NCBI RefSeq assembly: GCF_006345805.1
Contig: NW_021833181.1
Span: 1 to 29,176, forward strand
Length of the DNA: 29,176 nucleotides
Direction of reading: 5' to 3'
Origin: Octopus sinensis
Taxonomy: Eukaryota
A model generated the notes under the pieces. It had not been told where the DNA came from. It did no database searches and saw only the letters and a program-made list of their open reading frames with translations. Shown one piece after another: positions 1-9,943 of the stretch. Every line of letters starts with the position of its first letter. Position 1 is the stretch's first letter. Made by a program: the position numbers and the translations under genes.

Positions 1-308
1 ATATATATTATATATATACATGTATTGCGTGTGTGTGTGTGTGTGTAAATTAGCTGGCTATGATTATGTGTGCCAGTGTTTGTCGGTTTTGACCTAACAC
101 CACGAAGGTGATAATATTCAAATAAACAAACCAACCAAAAAGATAAGAAAACCCACACCATCACAATGACACACGCCAACACAAACATGTGCGTATGCAC
201 ACACACACAAGCACGCACACTATACACACCACATCACACATACACACACTTACACATACACACATACACCACGCATATATATATATATATATATAAGCAC
301 ACACTGAG

Positions 309-421
309 GGTGTTCAAAAAGTCTCTCCGCAGTAAGAATTTTATGACAAAATAAATATATATAAGATGATACTTTACAAGACTTTAAAAAACTTTATAAG
401 AGGAGAGACTTTTTGAACACC
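309..421. mobile_element. Very short MITE-like element with mariner-type terminal inverted repeats
   Basis: GGTGTTCAAAAAGTCTCTCC (309-328) is the exact reverse complement of GGAGAGACTTTTTGAACACC (402-421), with a 73-bp AT-rich interior. No clean TA TSD is visible. Confidence 0.55.
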
Positions 422-422
422 T

Positions 423-456
<34 letters not shown>

Positions 457-741
457 CGTGTGTATGTGTGTGTATACGTGTATGGATATATCTGTGTGTC
501 TGTGTATGTATTTGTGTTTTGGGGTTGACACAAGGTCGCCTGTTAAATCAACACGAGTGAGCGGTGTAAGTGATAACTGAGCCAAAGAGTATAAAATATA
601 GGATGATAACATTCTGTAGGAGACTTAACGTTGCATGGTGGGAACATTTGCTGACTGTTGTTTTTTCTAATAGGGGCCTTCTGGAGGGCGTGTCTGAGAA
701 TACTGCCCCTGCGAATCTCGCAGAAATAAGCGGACGACGAA

Positions 742-1338
742 GCTGGCTGGCTGGCTGGCTTGATGGATGGATGGATGGATGGATGGATGGATGGATGGAT
801 GGATGGATGGATGGATGGGTGGATGGGTGGATAGATGGGTGGATGGATGGATGATAGGTAGATGCGTGGATGGATGGTAGAATGGATGGATTGATGGATG
901 GGTGGATGGGTGGATGGATGGATGGGTGGGTGGATGGGTGGATGGATGGGTGGATGGATGGATGATAGGTAGATGCGTGGATGGATGGATGATGGATGGT
1001 TGTATGGATGGATTGATGGATGGGTGGATGGGTGGATGGATTGGTGGATAGATGGATGGATGGATGGATGGATGGATGGGTGGGTGGGTGGATGGATGGA
1101 TGGATGGATAGATGGTGATAGGTAGATGCGTGGATGGGTGGATGAATGGATAGATGGAAGGGTATGTGTGTAGGTGGATGGATGGATGGATGGATGGGTG
1201 GATGGATGATGGATGGATGGATGATGGATAGAAGGATGGATGGATAGGTGGATTGATGGATTGGTGGATCGGTGATAGGTGGATGGATGATGGATGAATG
1301 ATGGATGGATGGATGGATGGGTGGGTGGATGGGTGGAT
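742..1338. repeat. Degenerate (GGAT)n/(GGGT)n tetranucleotide array preceded by (GCTG)n
   Basis: Directly visible. It is the source of the His/Pro/Ser/Ile ORFs 548-1429 and 667-1341. Confidence 0.97.
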
Positions 1339-1477
1339 CAATATGCTCGACTAAAAAGACGCCGAAATTGGAGTCCCCGGAAGGTCGTAGCAAAATGACA
1401 CATATGTACCAAATTATGAATATATACATGTTGCATGTTTACATACGTTCATACAATTCTTACTTATGTGTGTATTA

Positions 1478-1684
1478 GTGTGAAGTCGCATGATTCACTA
1501 GTTAGAGCGTCGGGATTACAATCATGATGTTGTGAGTTCGATTCCTGTCCCGAATTGTTCATTGCGTTCTTCAGCAAGACACACATCATTTCACGTTGCT
1601 CCAGTTCACTCAGCTGTAGAAATGAGTTGTGACGTCACTGGTGCCAAGCCGTATCGGCCCCTTTGCCTTTCCCTTTGAATAACC
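1478..1684 (+). mobile_element. tRNA-derived SINE family A (head plus central domain, 3'-truncated)
   Basis: B-box-like GTTCGATTCC at 1536-1545. Colinear with the fuller copy at 21046-21365 (AGCAAGACAC...ATTTCACGTTGCTCCA...CTGTAGAAATGAGTTG). Confidence 0.85.
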
Positions 1685-1704
1685 CCAGCACTTTAAAAAA
1701 AAAA

Positions 1705-1794
1705 CTCTGGTACTTTATCGGGCTCTTTACCGCATCGTTATGTCTCGGGAACGTAAGTAAACAACATCGGTTGTCAAGCGGTGGGTGTCTTTCA

Positions 1795-1835
<41 letters not shown>

Positions 1836-1842
1836 TATATAT

Positions 1843-1880
<38 letters not shown>

Positions 1881-2000
1881 TATAGATCATAAATATATAT
1901 ATTATATATGTATATAGATATATGTATATATATATGTATAATATATATAATATATATTATATATATCTATATATTATATATATATATATATATATTATAT

Positions 2001-2062
<62 letters not shown>

Positions 2063-2205
2063 CGGGCTTCCTCACAAAATTCACTCCCAAGACATTAGTC
2101 CGATAGGGGCTATAGTATAAGAAAACACTGCTCAAAGTGCCGCGCAGTGGAGCTGAACCCGAAACTCATGTGGTGACAGATTGAGTTTCTTAATCACTCA
2201 ACCAT
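1705..2205 (-). mobile_element. SINE family B, diverged copy with expanded internal (TA)n
   Basis: Reverse complement matches the head (CCACTGCGCGGCACTTTGAGCAG) and tail (GCTTGACAACCGATG) of the copies at 2761 and 12665. The internal TA tract spans about 1796-2060. Confidence 0.75.
1796..2060. repeat. (TA)n microsatellite
   Basis: Directly visible. Confidence 0.97.
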
Positions 2206-2679
2206 AAAGTGAAATATGAAAAAGAAATCATTAAAAAAAAAAAAGCACGGCAGAGAAAGGGAAAGTGAGAAAAAAAAGGGTGAAAGAGAAAAGGATGAGA
2301 GGCAGGAAATGACAAGGGTTAGAAATGAATGGGAAGAGAAAAACAAAAGAGATAGTGAAAATTGAAATACAGTGCAGAAAAGAACAGGATTTTCATTATA
2401 TTATATAACGTATGGAACATGAATGACACATATTTTCAAATATAGTAAATGCTAAAGTGAAAAAAAAACAACAAAAATAATGAATAAATAATGATGTAAA
2501 CTGATAGAGTTAAATGGAAGGTTTGGTGCAGACGATAAAATGATGTAAACGATAAATGTAAAATGAGAGAAGCAGACGTCAAGCAGATTGAGGCAGATAA
2601 GGATGAATTTTAAAACTGTGCGTTGACTCATAAATATTGAGGCTTAAATCCAAACACTTATACGTACATATATATACAC

Positions 2680-2742
<63 letters not shown>

Positions 2743-2760
2743 TATATATAATATATATAT

Positions 2761-3137
2761 AGTCGTAGGAGTGATTGTGGGGTAAGAACTTGCTTTCCCA
2801 ACCACATGGTTCCAGGTTCAGTCTCACTGCGTGGCACCTTGGGCAAATGTCTTCTACTACAGCTTCGGGTCGACCAAAGCCTTGTGAGTGGATTTGGTAG
2901 ACGGAAACTGAAAGAAGCATGTCGTATTTATACATATATGTATGTATTTGTGTATCTGTGTTTGTCCCTCCATCATCTTGACAACCCACTGAGGTGTATT
3001 TATGTCCCTGTAACTTAGCGGTTCGACAAAAGAGGGCGATAGGAAAAGTACTAGGCTTACAAAGATTTTTTTCGACTAAAGGCGGTGCTCCAGCATGGCT
3101 GCAGTCAAATGACTGAAACAAGTAAAAGAAAAAGAAT
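2761..3137 (+). mobile_element. SINE family B, near full length
   Basis: tRNA-like head (...GGTTCAGTCTCACTGCGTGGCACC), CORE-like TTGGGCAAATGTCTTCTACTA, internal TA/TG tract, tail ending GCAGTCAAATGACTGAAACAAGTAAAAGAAAAAGA. At least 8 homologous copies lie in the window. Confidence 0.88.
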
Positions 3138-3138
3138 A

Positions 3139-3188
<50 letters not shown>

Positions 3189-3350
3189 ACACACAAACAC
3201 AAATATATTATATATGTATATTATATATGTATACATTACATATATTTATATGCATATATATATATATATATACACGCACGCACATATAAATATATGCACG
3301 CACGCACACACGAAACTTTATAAACATTGGCTTCGATCTTTGGTCAAATA

Positions 3351-4020
3351 CCAATAATTTCAGCGTTGGTGGGGATGTCTAAGTCGATTACATCGACCTT
3401 AGTGCTCAACTGGTACTTATCTAATCGACCCCGAATGGATGAAAGGCAAAGTCAACCTCGACAAAATATGAACTAAGGACGTAAAAACAGGTGAAATACC
3501 GCTCAGCCTTTTGCCCGGTGCGCTATCAATTCAGCCAGCTCGCCGCCTTTGTCTTTATAAAATATTTATTTCTTTATTGCTCACAGGGGGCTTAACACAG
3601 AGGGGACAAACAAGAATAGAGAAAGGGATTAAGTCGACTAAATCGACCCCACTGTGTAACTGGTACTTGTTTAATCGACCTCGAAATGATGAAAGCCTAA
3701 GTCAACCTCGGCGGAATTTGAATTCAGAACGTAACGGCAGACGAAGTACCGCTAAGCATTTCGCCCGGCGTGCTAACAGTTCTGCCAGCTCGCCGCCCTT
3801 TTCAACTTTCTACTCTAGGCACAAGGCCTGACATTTCGTGGAGGAGGGGGGCAGTCGATTAGATCGACCTCAGTACGCAACTGGTACTCAATTTATTGGC
3901 TCCGAAAGGATGAAAGGCAAAGTCGACCTTGGTGGGACTTGAACTCAGAACGTAGCGAGAGGCGAAATACCGCTAAGCATTTTGCCCGGCGCGCTATCGA
4001 TTCAGCCAGCTCGCCGCCTT
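3351..4020 (-). mobile_element. SINE family C, three head-to-tail units (3351-3550, 3567-3799, 3800-4020)
   Basis: Each unit starts GGCGGCGAGCTGGC(A/T)GAA on the minus strand and carries a GTTCTGAGTTCAAATTCC-like B-box region. A 15-bp direct repeat TCTTTATAAAATATT sits at 3552-3566 and 4023-4037. Confidence 0.88.
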
Positions 4021-5634
4021 GATCTTTATAAAATATTGCAATACGCCAATACCTTATACACCGTAACATTATATCATATAATGTTATATATTTTTGTTAT
4101 CATATAATATATTATATTAAATTATATTATATAATATTATATTGTATTGTATTATATTTTGTTGCGCTATGTTATATTATAGAAGAGGCATTAGTCTCTG
4201 TGTTATGTTACGTCATTCGATATCGCCTTTCCTATGTCTGTAGAATGTTTTCTTCCAATGTTTATAGAAATAATACATATACATAACCGATATCTCTGAG
4301 GTTTATTGTTTTGTTTTCGTTAGATCGTATTCGTGGGTGTCTCTCTAATTCGAGGTGTCAGATGTAGTGAATCTTATGTTCTTGCGATGGTCATTCAGTC
4401 CTAGAGCAGACTTAATCAAGCAACCGTATACATGATCAAAAGCATTCCAGTTTTCGCCATATTTTCTATTGTTTTTCAGACATAATACACCAACAACTAC
4501 GTTAGCAGCTCTTCCCTTCCTTTTTAGGGCAATGGGCGATGTTCCCTCTAACTTGTTGCTGTGGGTGTTGTCAGAAATTTGCCTGTTTGCAAATTTTGTC
4601 TTTCTATGCAAAGTATGCGCGCATCCATGCGAGGAACAATCGCTCATATTTCTTCAGTTGAAAAATCCAGTTTCATCTTGAAAATCTTGTGCGCACATTT
4701 TCTGCTTATAAAACATGTGTGCGCGCACTCAAGCGCACTTCTAAGGGAATACTGAGCTAATGGTTCTCAATTTTTTTCCTTTTTTTTTTTTTCTCTTTTT
4801 TCATTTTAGAGCAAATCAAAAAATACCTTGATTCACTCTTTGCATAAAGCCGAAGAATGTATTCAAAAGGTATTGATATTTTTAAACCTGTATTTAGAAA
4901 TATTTTGAACTACGAAAAATTATAATAAACTTCAAAAAAACTTTTATAAATTAAATGAAATGGGGACTGAGTAAACATGACTTTATATCAATAATTTGAA
5001 TTTCAGTTTGTATTTTTCATATTTCTTCAATAATTTATTAATTTTCGCAACCCAGTCATCTGAATCTCGCCGCACCTCAATGGAATACACTACTTGGGTC
5101 TTGTTACCTTACGCTGTGGCTTGAGAGATATTTGTCTGCTCTCTTCCTAAAAGGTTGACTGACCACTTCTTAGAGAGTGGTTCTTACCCTGGTCAGAAGC
5201 ACCCTTTGTGGCCCTGTGAACTCATTAGTGTAGGGGCGGCAAATATCAAGAGTGTACTGTGGGAAGCGTTATGTATTTTGAGGAGTCGCAATTTTCCTTT
5301 GAAATAAAATATTGAAACCAAGTACAATGCTTATAGTTTAAACACATTTTCAAACACGTCTTATCAGTATTGAATATAAGTTAGAGTTTGTGTTATCAGT
5401 GGGCTGCAACATGACCAAAAGATATCCCAAAGTTTAATTCTATTTCACTTTAAACCTTCACATTAAGTAATTTCTATAAAATGTTAACATAGGGGGAACT
5501 AACCGACGTAAATATCTAAAAGAAAACATGGATAACAAACCACTGTGAGGAATTAGTCTTATTTTCATGAAAAGTATTTCTGTTAGTTGTTTTTCCATGA
5601 AAGAAAAGCCTGTCATCAGTTCACTGCAGAGAAA

Positions 5635-5704
5635 GTTCACCGTAAGGAATGTTCATCGTAAGGAATGTTCACCGTAAGGAATGTTCACCGTAAGGAATGT
5701 ACAC
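5635..5704. repeat. 16-bp minisatellite GTTCACCGTAAGGAAT x4.3
   Basis: Units at 5635, 5651 (one C>T), 5667 and 5683, plus a partial unit at 5699. Confidence 0.95.
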
Positions 5705-6763
5705 TGAAATCTTTGACTGCACGTTTTGATCTCTATTACTTTCGTTTTGCTTTTCTTTTGTTTTTTTCAATAAAATAGTGTTTAACTATTAATAGTGAGA
5801 CACTATGGATATATTTTCTAGGTAAACTTACCTCGCGGTGAGGAATGCGAAGTGATGTGTTTGTAAAATGCTGTTCTATGAAAGAAACGAGTGAACTGCA
5901 AAAAACTTTGAGAGCTTCTGATCAACAATTACTGCAACAACTTTATCCTCCTTGTTTTTTTATTTTCTTTCTTTTCTTGTGTGTGTGTGTTGTGTGTGTG
6001 TGTGTGTGTGTGTTTAGTTAGTTGGTCACTGGGTCTCACTCTTTACTTTCTTCTCTCCCTTTTATTCTTTCACAGGCCGGTTCATTCGAACTCGAATCAA
6101 AAACTTTTTCGTTAACTTCGTGCATTCTGAAATGTTATTTATGTATTTTAGTCACTGAATATGAATATTCTAAAAGAAGAGGAAGTTATTAAGTGCCTCT
6201 CTAAAAGATAGTAGAGCATTGGGTTCAAATGAATTGTTTGCTTTTTACTCGCTTGCCTAATTTAGAGCAAACTAACAAAGTATTCGGAGGTATTCAGTAC
6301 ATAAAAATTAATTAATTATAAAAAGTTATTTATGTACATTTTAATCTATGATGGTTAATATAAATATATTAGAACTAGAGGAAGTTATTAAGTACTTCTT
6401 TATTTAATAAATTTATTCAAGGAAAAAATTCAACGGAAAAATGTCGAAAACATCCTCAAGGGTTAATAATTACCACTTCAGATTGTGTTTTGACACATTT
6501 TAAAATATATTTATTGTTTTTACGACGCAACCAGCTGCGCCTCGCGGCACATCAATGTTAGGCACTACTTAAGAGCCATAGTGGTAGGGTGTAGCCTAAG
6601 GGATATTTTCCTGATCTATTTCTAGCGGACTGAGTGATTCACAGAGAGTATAATGCTCTGTGTGACTTGTGTAAATATATAAATATATTGTGGGCAAGTG
6701 TACGTGGAGAATGCTGCTGGTGTGTTTCCATTTGAGTTATGAGTTTGTGTTTAATTATATGAA

Positions 6764-6962
6764 GATACGTGGTTAAGGTTGTTGCACTCACGGGCGTCAG
6801 ATTATGGGTTCGATTCTCGTACCGTGCAGTGAGTTGTGTTCTTTAGCGAAACTCTTCATTTCCACTTAATCTAGTTAATCACTCATTCCTGATCTGGGAA
6901 TGAAACCCACGGTTTTGCGATCGTTGGTGGAACACCTCAACCACTGAGCGACACGGCTTCAC
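6764..6962. mobile_element. Two decayed SINE family A heads in opposite orientations
   Basis: Plus-strand head with GGGTTCGATTCTC at about 6808-6820, and a minus-strand head reading CGCTCAGTGGTTGAGG...GGGTTTCATTCCCAG at about 6890-6962. Confidence 0.55.
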
Positions 6963-7133
6963 GGTACTACAAATGGTGGAAATTAAGGGGATTTACATGA
7001 ATGGTTGATACCAAGAATTGGACAGACTTAAAAGACAATGAATGTACGGTAAAGAACAAGACGGCGGTCTATGGTATTGTACTTGTTGAGAGTGTGCGAT
7101 ATATGGTGATGACGTTGCTGGCGGTCGTAGTGA

Positions 7134-7423
7134 TAGTAATGGTGGTGGTGGTAGTGGTGGTGGTGGTGGTGGTGGTGGTGGTGTGGTGGTGGCGGCGGCG
7201 GTGGTAGTGGTTGTGCAGTTGTGGTGGTGGTGGTGGTGATGATTATGGTAGTGATAGTAATGGTGGTAGTGATGGTGTTGGTGGTAGTAGTGGTGATGGT
7301 GGTGGTTGCCGTTATGGTGGTGGTGATGGTGGTAGTGGTAGTGGGGGGATGATAATAATGATCGTATTGTTGGTTTTGTTAGGGGTGATGCGGCTGCAGT
7401 TGATGATGATGATGATGATGATG

Positions 7424-7472
<49 letters not shown>

Positions 7473-7520
7473 CGACGACGACGACGACGACGACGACGAT
7501 GATGATGAAGAAGTCGATGG
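7134..7520. repeat. Compound trinucleotide repeat (GGT)n/(GAT)n/(GAC)n
   Basis: Directly visible. It is the source of the poly-V/G/M/H ORFs 7001-7609. Confidence 0.95.
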
Positions 7521-7619
7521 TGATGATATAAATGTGTAGTAGTGTCGTTTAATTGGTGTATATAACTATGTACTCGTGTGCGTTTGTATGTATGCAAGCC
7601 GTATAGCATATTATTAAGT

Positions 7620-7958
7620 GTCGTATGTCAGAATACCATCCAGTCTTCTGTTCTCTTTGTACCAATGTCCAGTCGGTTCAACTGGCTGTCCAGGTCTTCA
7701 TTGAGTCTATGTCTCACATTGTACAGTTCCACGTTTTACTGTTTTGTCGTTTCGTTGTCGGTTTCCTTTACGGTCGCCACCAAGACTAGATATGCATATC
7801 GAGTTTTACAAAGATAAATCTGTGATCTGTCCAGCGTTCTGCTTTTGTCCTCTTAACATACCCCTGTCCCGTCTCCTGACAATGATCTCAAATAGATGCC
7901 AATGTTTTCCGCCTTGACGCATTCAGGACATCTTTTAGCTGTTGAGTAGGCGAACGTC
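7620..7958 (-). pseudogene. RTE-clade LINE fragment: end of APE endonuclease plus linker (inverted segment)
   Basis: Minus-strand translation with stops and frameshifts gives VRLLNS*KMS*MRQGGKHWHL..IIVRRRDR, ERWTDHRFIFVKLDMHI and LDSQLNRLDIGTKRTEDWMVF. These follow the RTE-type motifs FRLPxRxKTSWMHPRSKHWHL, CWTDHRL and EDWxxF as I recall them. Confidence 0.72.
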
Positions 7959-8430
7959 ATCACCTGGCAAGACAAGGCCCCAGATATGGAGACCCTCCAT
8001 CGAGCTGATCTGTCAAGCATTTATACGCTCCTGAGAAAAACACAAGACAAGTGGGCAGGCCATCTTGTTCGAATGCTTGACACAACTCTCCAAGAGACTG
8101 TTTTACAACGAACTGGCAGAATGTAAGCACATGCGAAGCAGACAGAAAAAACACTTCAAGGATACACTCAAAGCCTCGCTGAAGAGCTTTGAGATCAACC
8201 ATGACACCTTGAAAATGCAAGACCGCCCTGCCTGGCGAAAGGTACCACGTACTGTGAACAGAACAGGATTGCAAGGGCACAAAGAAAACACGCCCTCAGT
8301 CCCAGTTGACCACAAATCCCTGACTTACGGTAGAGCCTTTCTAATGCGTATCGGACTGATCGGACAAACCGTGCCCCGTCTTCTTCACCCATGTGATGTC
8401 CGTGGTTATCGTCGACTATGACAGACGACC
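7959..8430 (+). pseudogene. RTE-clade LINE fragment: C-terminal region and 3' tail
   Basis: ITWQDKAPDMETLHRADL...KWAGHLVRM, then a frameshift to LSKRLFYNEL...RQKKHFKDTLKASLKSF...QDRPAWR and GRAFLMRIGLIG (decayed C2H2-like finger). Ends in an RTE-like tail GTGGTTATCGTCGACTATGACAGACGACC. Confidence 0.88.
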
Positions 8431-8432
8431 TA

Positions 8433-9315
8433 CGAGGCCTGATCAATAAGTATCCGGACTGTTACCATAGTAACGAAGCTAAAGCACATAGATTAAAGCC
8501 GCTTGACAAAGATTGACCTTGAACTCTGTTGTGAATGCGCACAAAGTTTTAACGTTCTAGCTCACTTCTGCTCTTTACAGCAGTACTTGGAAGGAAGGTG
8601 TGTAGCATGTGATCGCCGCATTGGCCATGATAGGAAAAGTTTTCATGGTGATACCTGCTCAGAGGCCTAGGCAAGGTTGCAGAAAGAGTATGGATAGAAG
8701 TGTATGAGCAGCACACAAGTCTATGAGTGGTTCAGACATTTCCAAGATGGCCGAAAAAATGTCAATATTGACGAACATTCTGGGAGACTCGCAACCAGCA
8801 GAACAGGGAAAAACATTACAGATGTGCGTGCAGCTGTGAGGGGAAGTTGTCGAATCTCCATCCATAATTTATCAGAGGTTAAGCAGATTAGTTACAGTAT
8901 AATTCAGTCCATTATCACTGAAGAGTTGGATATGAGACGCGTGTCTGCCAAGTTTGTGCCAAAACTGCTTTCAGCTGACCAAAAGGACACTCACGCTTTA
9001 GTTGCACAAGATCTCCTTGATTGTGTGGAGAACGATGTAAACTTTTGAAACATTTGTGTAGGTTGTCTGAGCAGGTATTGCCAAGCTTTTGGCAAAATTT
9101 GATGCAGATTCTCAGCTCGACTTTCTCTGCGACGATCGCATTCTATATACGTTCCTTCCAAGCACTGCCGTAAAACAACAGAAGTGAGCAAGAACATTAA
9201 AAATTGTGCGCATGCGCAACAGAGTTCAAGGTCATACTGTGCCGAGCGACTTTACGCTGCATGCTTTCGCTTCGTTACTATGGCAACAGTCCGGATACTT
9301 ATTGATCAGATCATG
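8433..9315 (+). mobile_element. Non-autonomous mariner (irritans-like), 883 bp, fold-back structure
   Basis: TA at 8431-8432 and 9316-9317. Ends CGAGGCCTGATCAATAAGTATCCGGACTGTT and AACAGTCCGGATACTTATTGATCAGATCATG. The inverted repeat is colinear over 8433-8620 / 9128-9315 and continues with indels to about 8690 / 9045. Confidence 0.92.
8704..9048 (+). pseudogene. Mariner transposase N-terminal DNA-binding region (no catalytic domain)
   Basis: QVYEWFRHFQDGRKNVNIDEHSGR (HTH1/GRP linker) and DMRRVSAKFVPKLL (WVPxxL motif). The ORF stops at ENDVNF, just before the expected TGDE(T/K)W first catalytic Asp. Confidence 0.9.
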
Positions 9316-9943
9316 TATTATTGATTGATGTTTATGTATATAAGATTATCTGTCCGTATGTCGTCTTCCTGTGTTCCAGTTGTTTGTAGAAGACACTTTA
9401 TTTAGACATTCTGTTTATATAAATCCCCTTTTTAACCTAATCCTTAATTATTTTATCCGACGTTAATCATAGTAAATGGGGATAACGCCCATGGCTTTTG
9501 CGTCTCTACTTAATCGCACCCTTTCCATCAAAGCTGAAACAGATGTATCTGATACTCTGCCTACCATCTTCTCGGTAATAATGTGAGCTGGCAGAAGACT
9601 CGGGTAACTGATACGAATGCTTGTAGCAGAATCAGTTTCATTAAGGATACCGATTGAGCAAATGAGAGAGAGAGAAAGAGAGAGTAATTCAGCTATATCA
9701 AGTACGGCATAAAATCTTGACTTATTTAAATTATCACTGTCTCTAGAGGATATATTATAATTACGAAATAGCAATTAAGACCAGTTCCATTTGAGAAGGG
9801 CAGATAATTTCAAGATTCAAGAACTCACAAGAGATGACCTATCATGAAGAAAAAGTAACTCACTCCGCTACCCTTTTTCATCATTGCAATAATCCCTCTC
9901 CCAATTATGCTGTCAATAAGTTTACCAAATCAAACCGAAAATA

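Noticed and set aside
548-1429. 293-aa and 224-aa His/Pro/Ser-rich ORFs
   Set aside because: They are translations of the (GGAT)n array. The same applies to the IY, HT, VC, poly-V, poly-H and MYVC ORFs elsewhere in the track.
4537-4754. Old hAT-type MITE (GTTCCCTCTAA ... AAGGGAATACTG)
   Set aside because: The termini match only loosely and no 8-bp TSD is visible. Similar weak hAT-like words at about 4759, 5176 and 6525 are also too decayed to call.
5635-5704. CRISPR-like array
   Set aside because: The repeats are contiguous with no spacers, there are no cas genes, and the context is eukaryotic.
7600-9360. TSD around the inverted RTE insertion
   Set aside because: Only a loose TGTC(C)GTATGTC match was found at about 7619 and 9353, too far from the presumed ends to accept.
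9463-9774. Minus-strand ORF ending ...LMERVRLSRDAKAMGVIPIYYD* with AATAAA about 60 nt downstream, as a terminal exon
   Set aside because: The acceptor at 9620 is weak, I recognise no homolog, and the opposite strand shows ordered R4/Dong RT remnants (CLP, YECL*QNQ, GYR). It is more likely a chance antisense ORF, although RNA-seq would be needed to exclude it.
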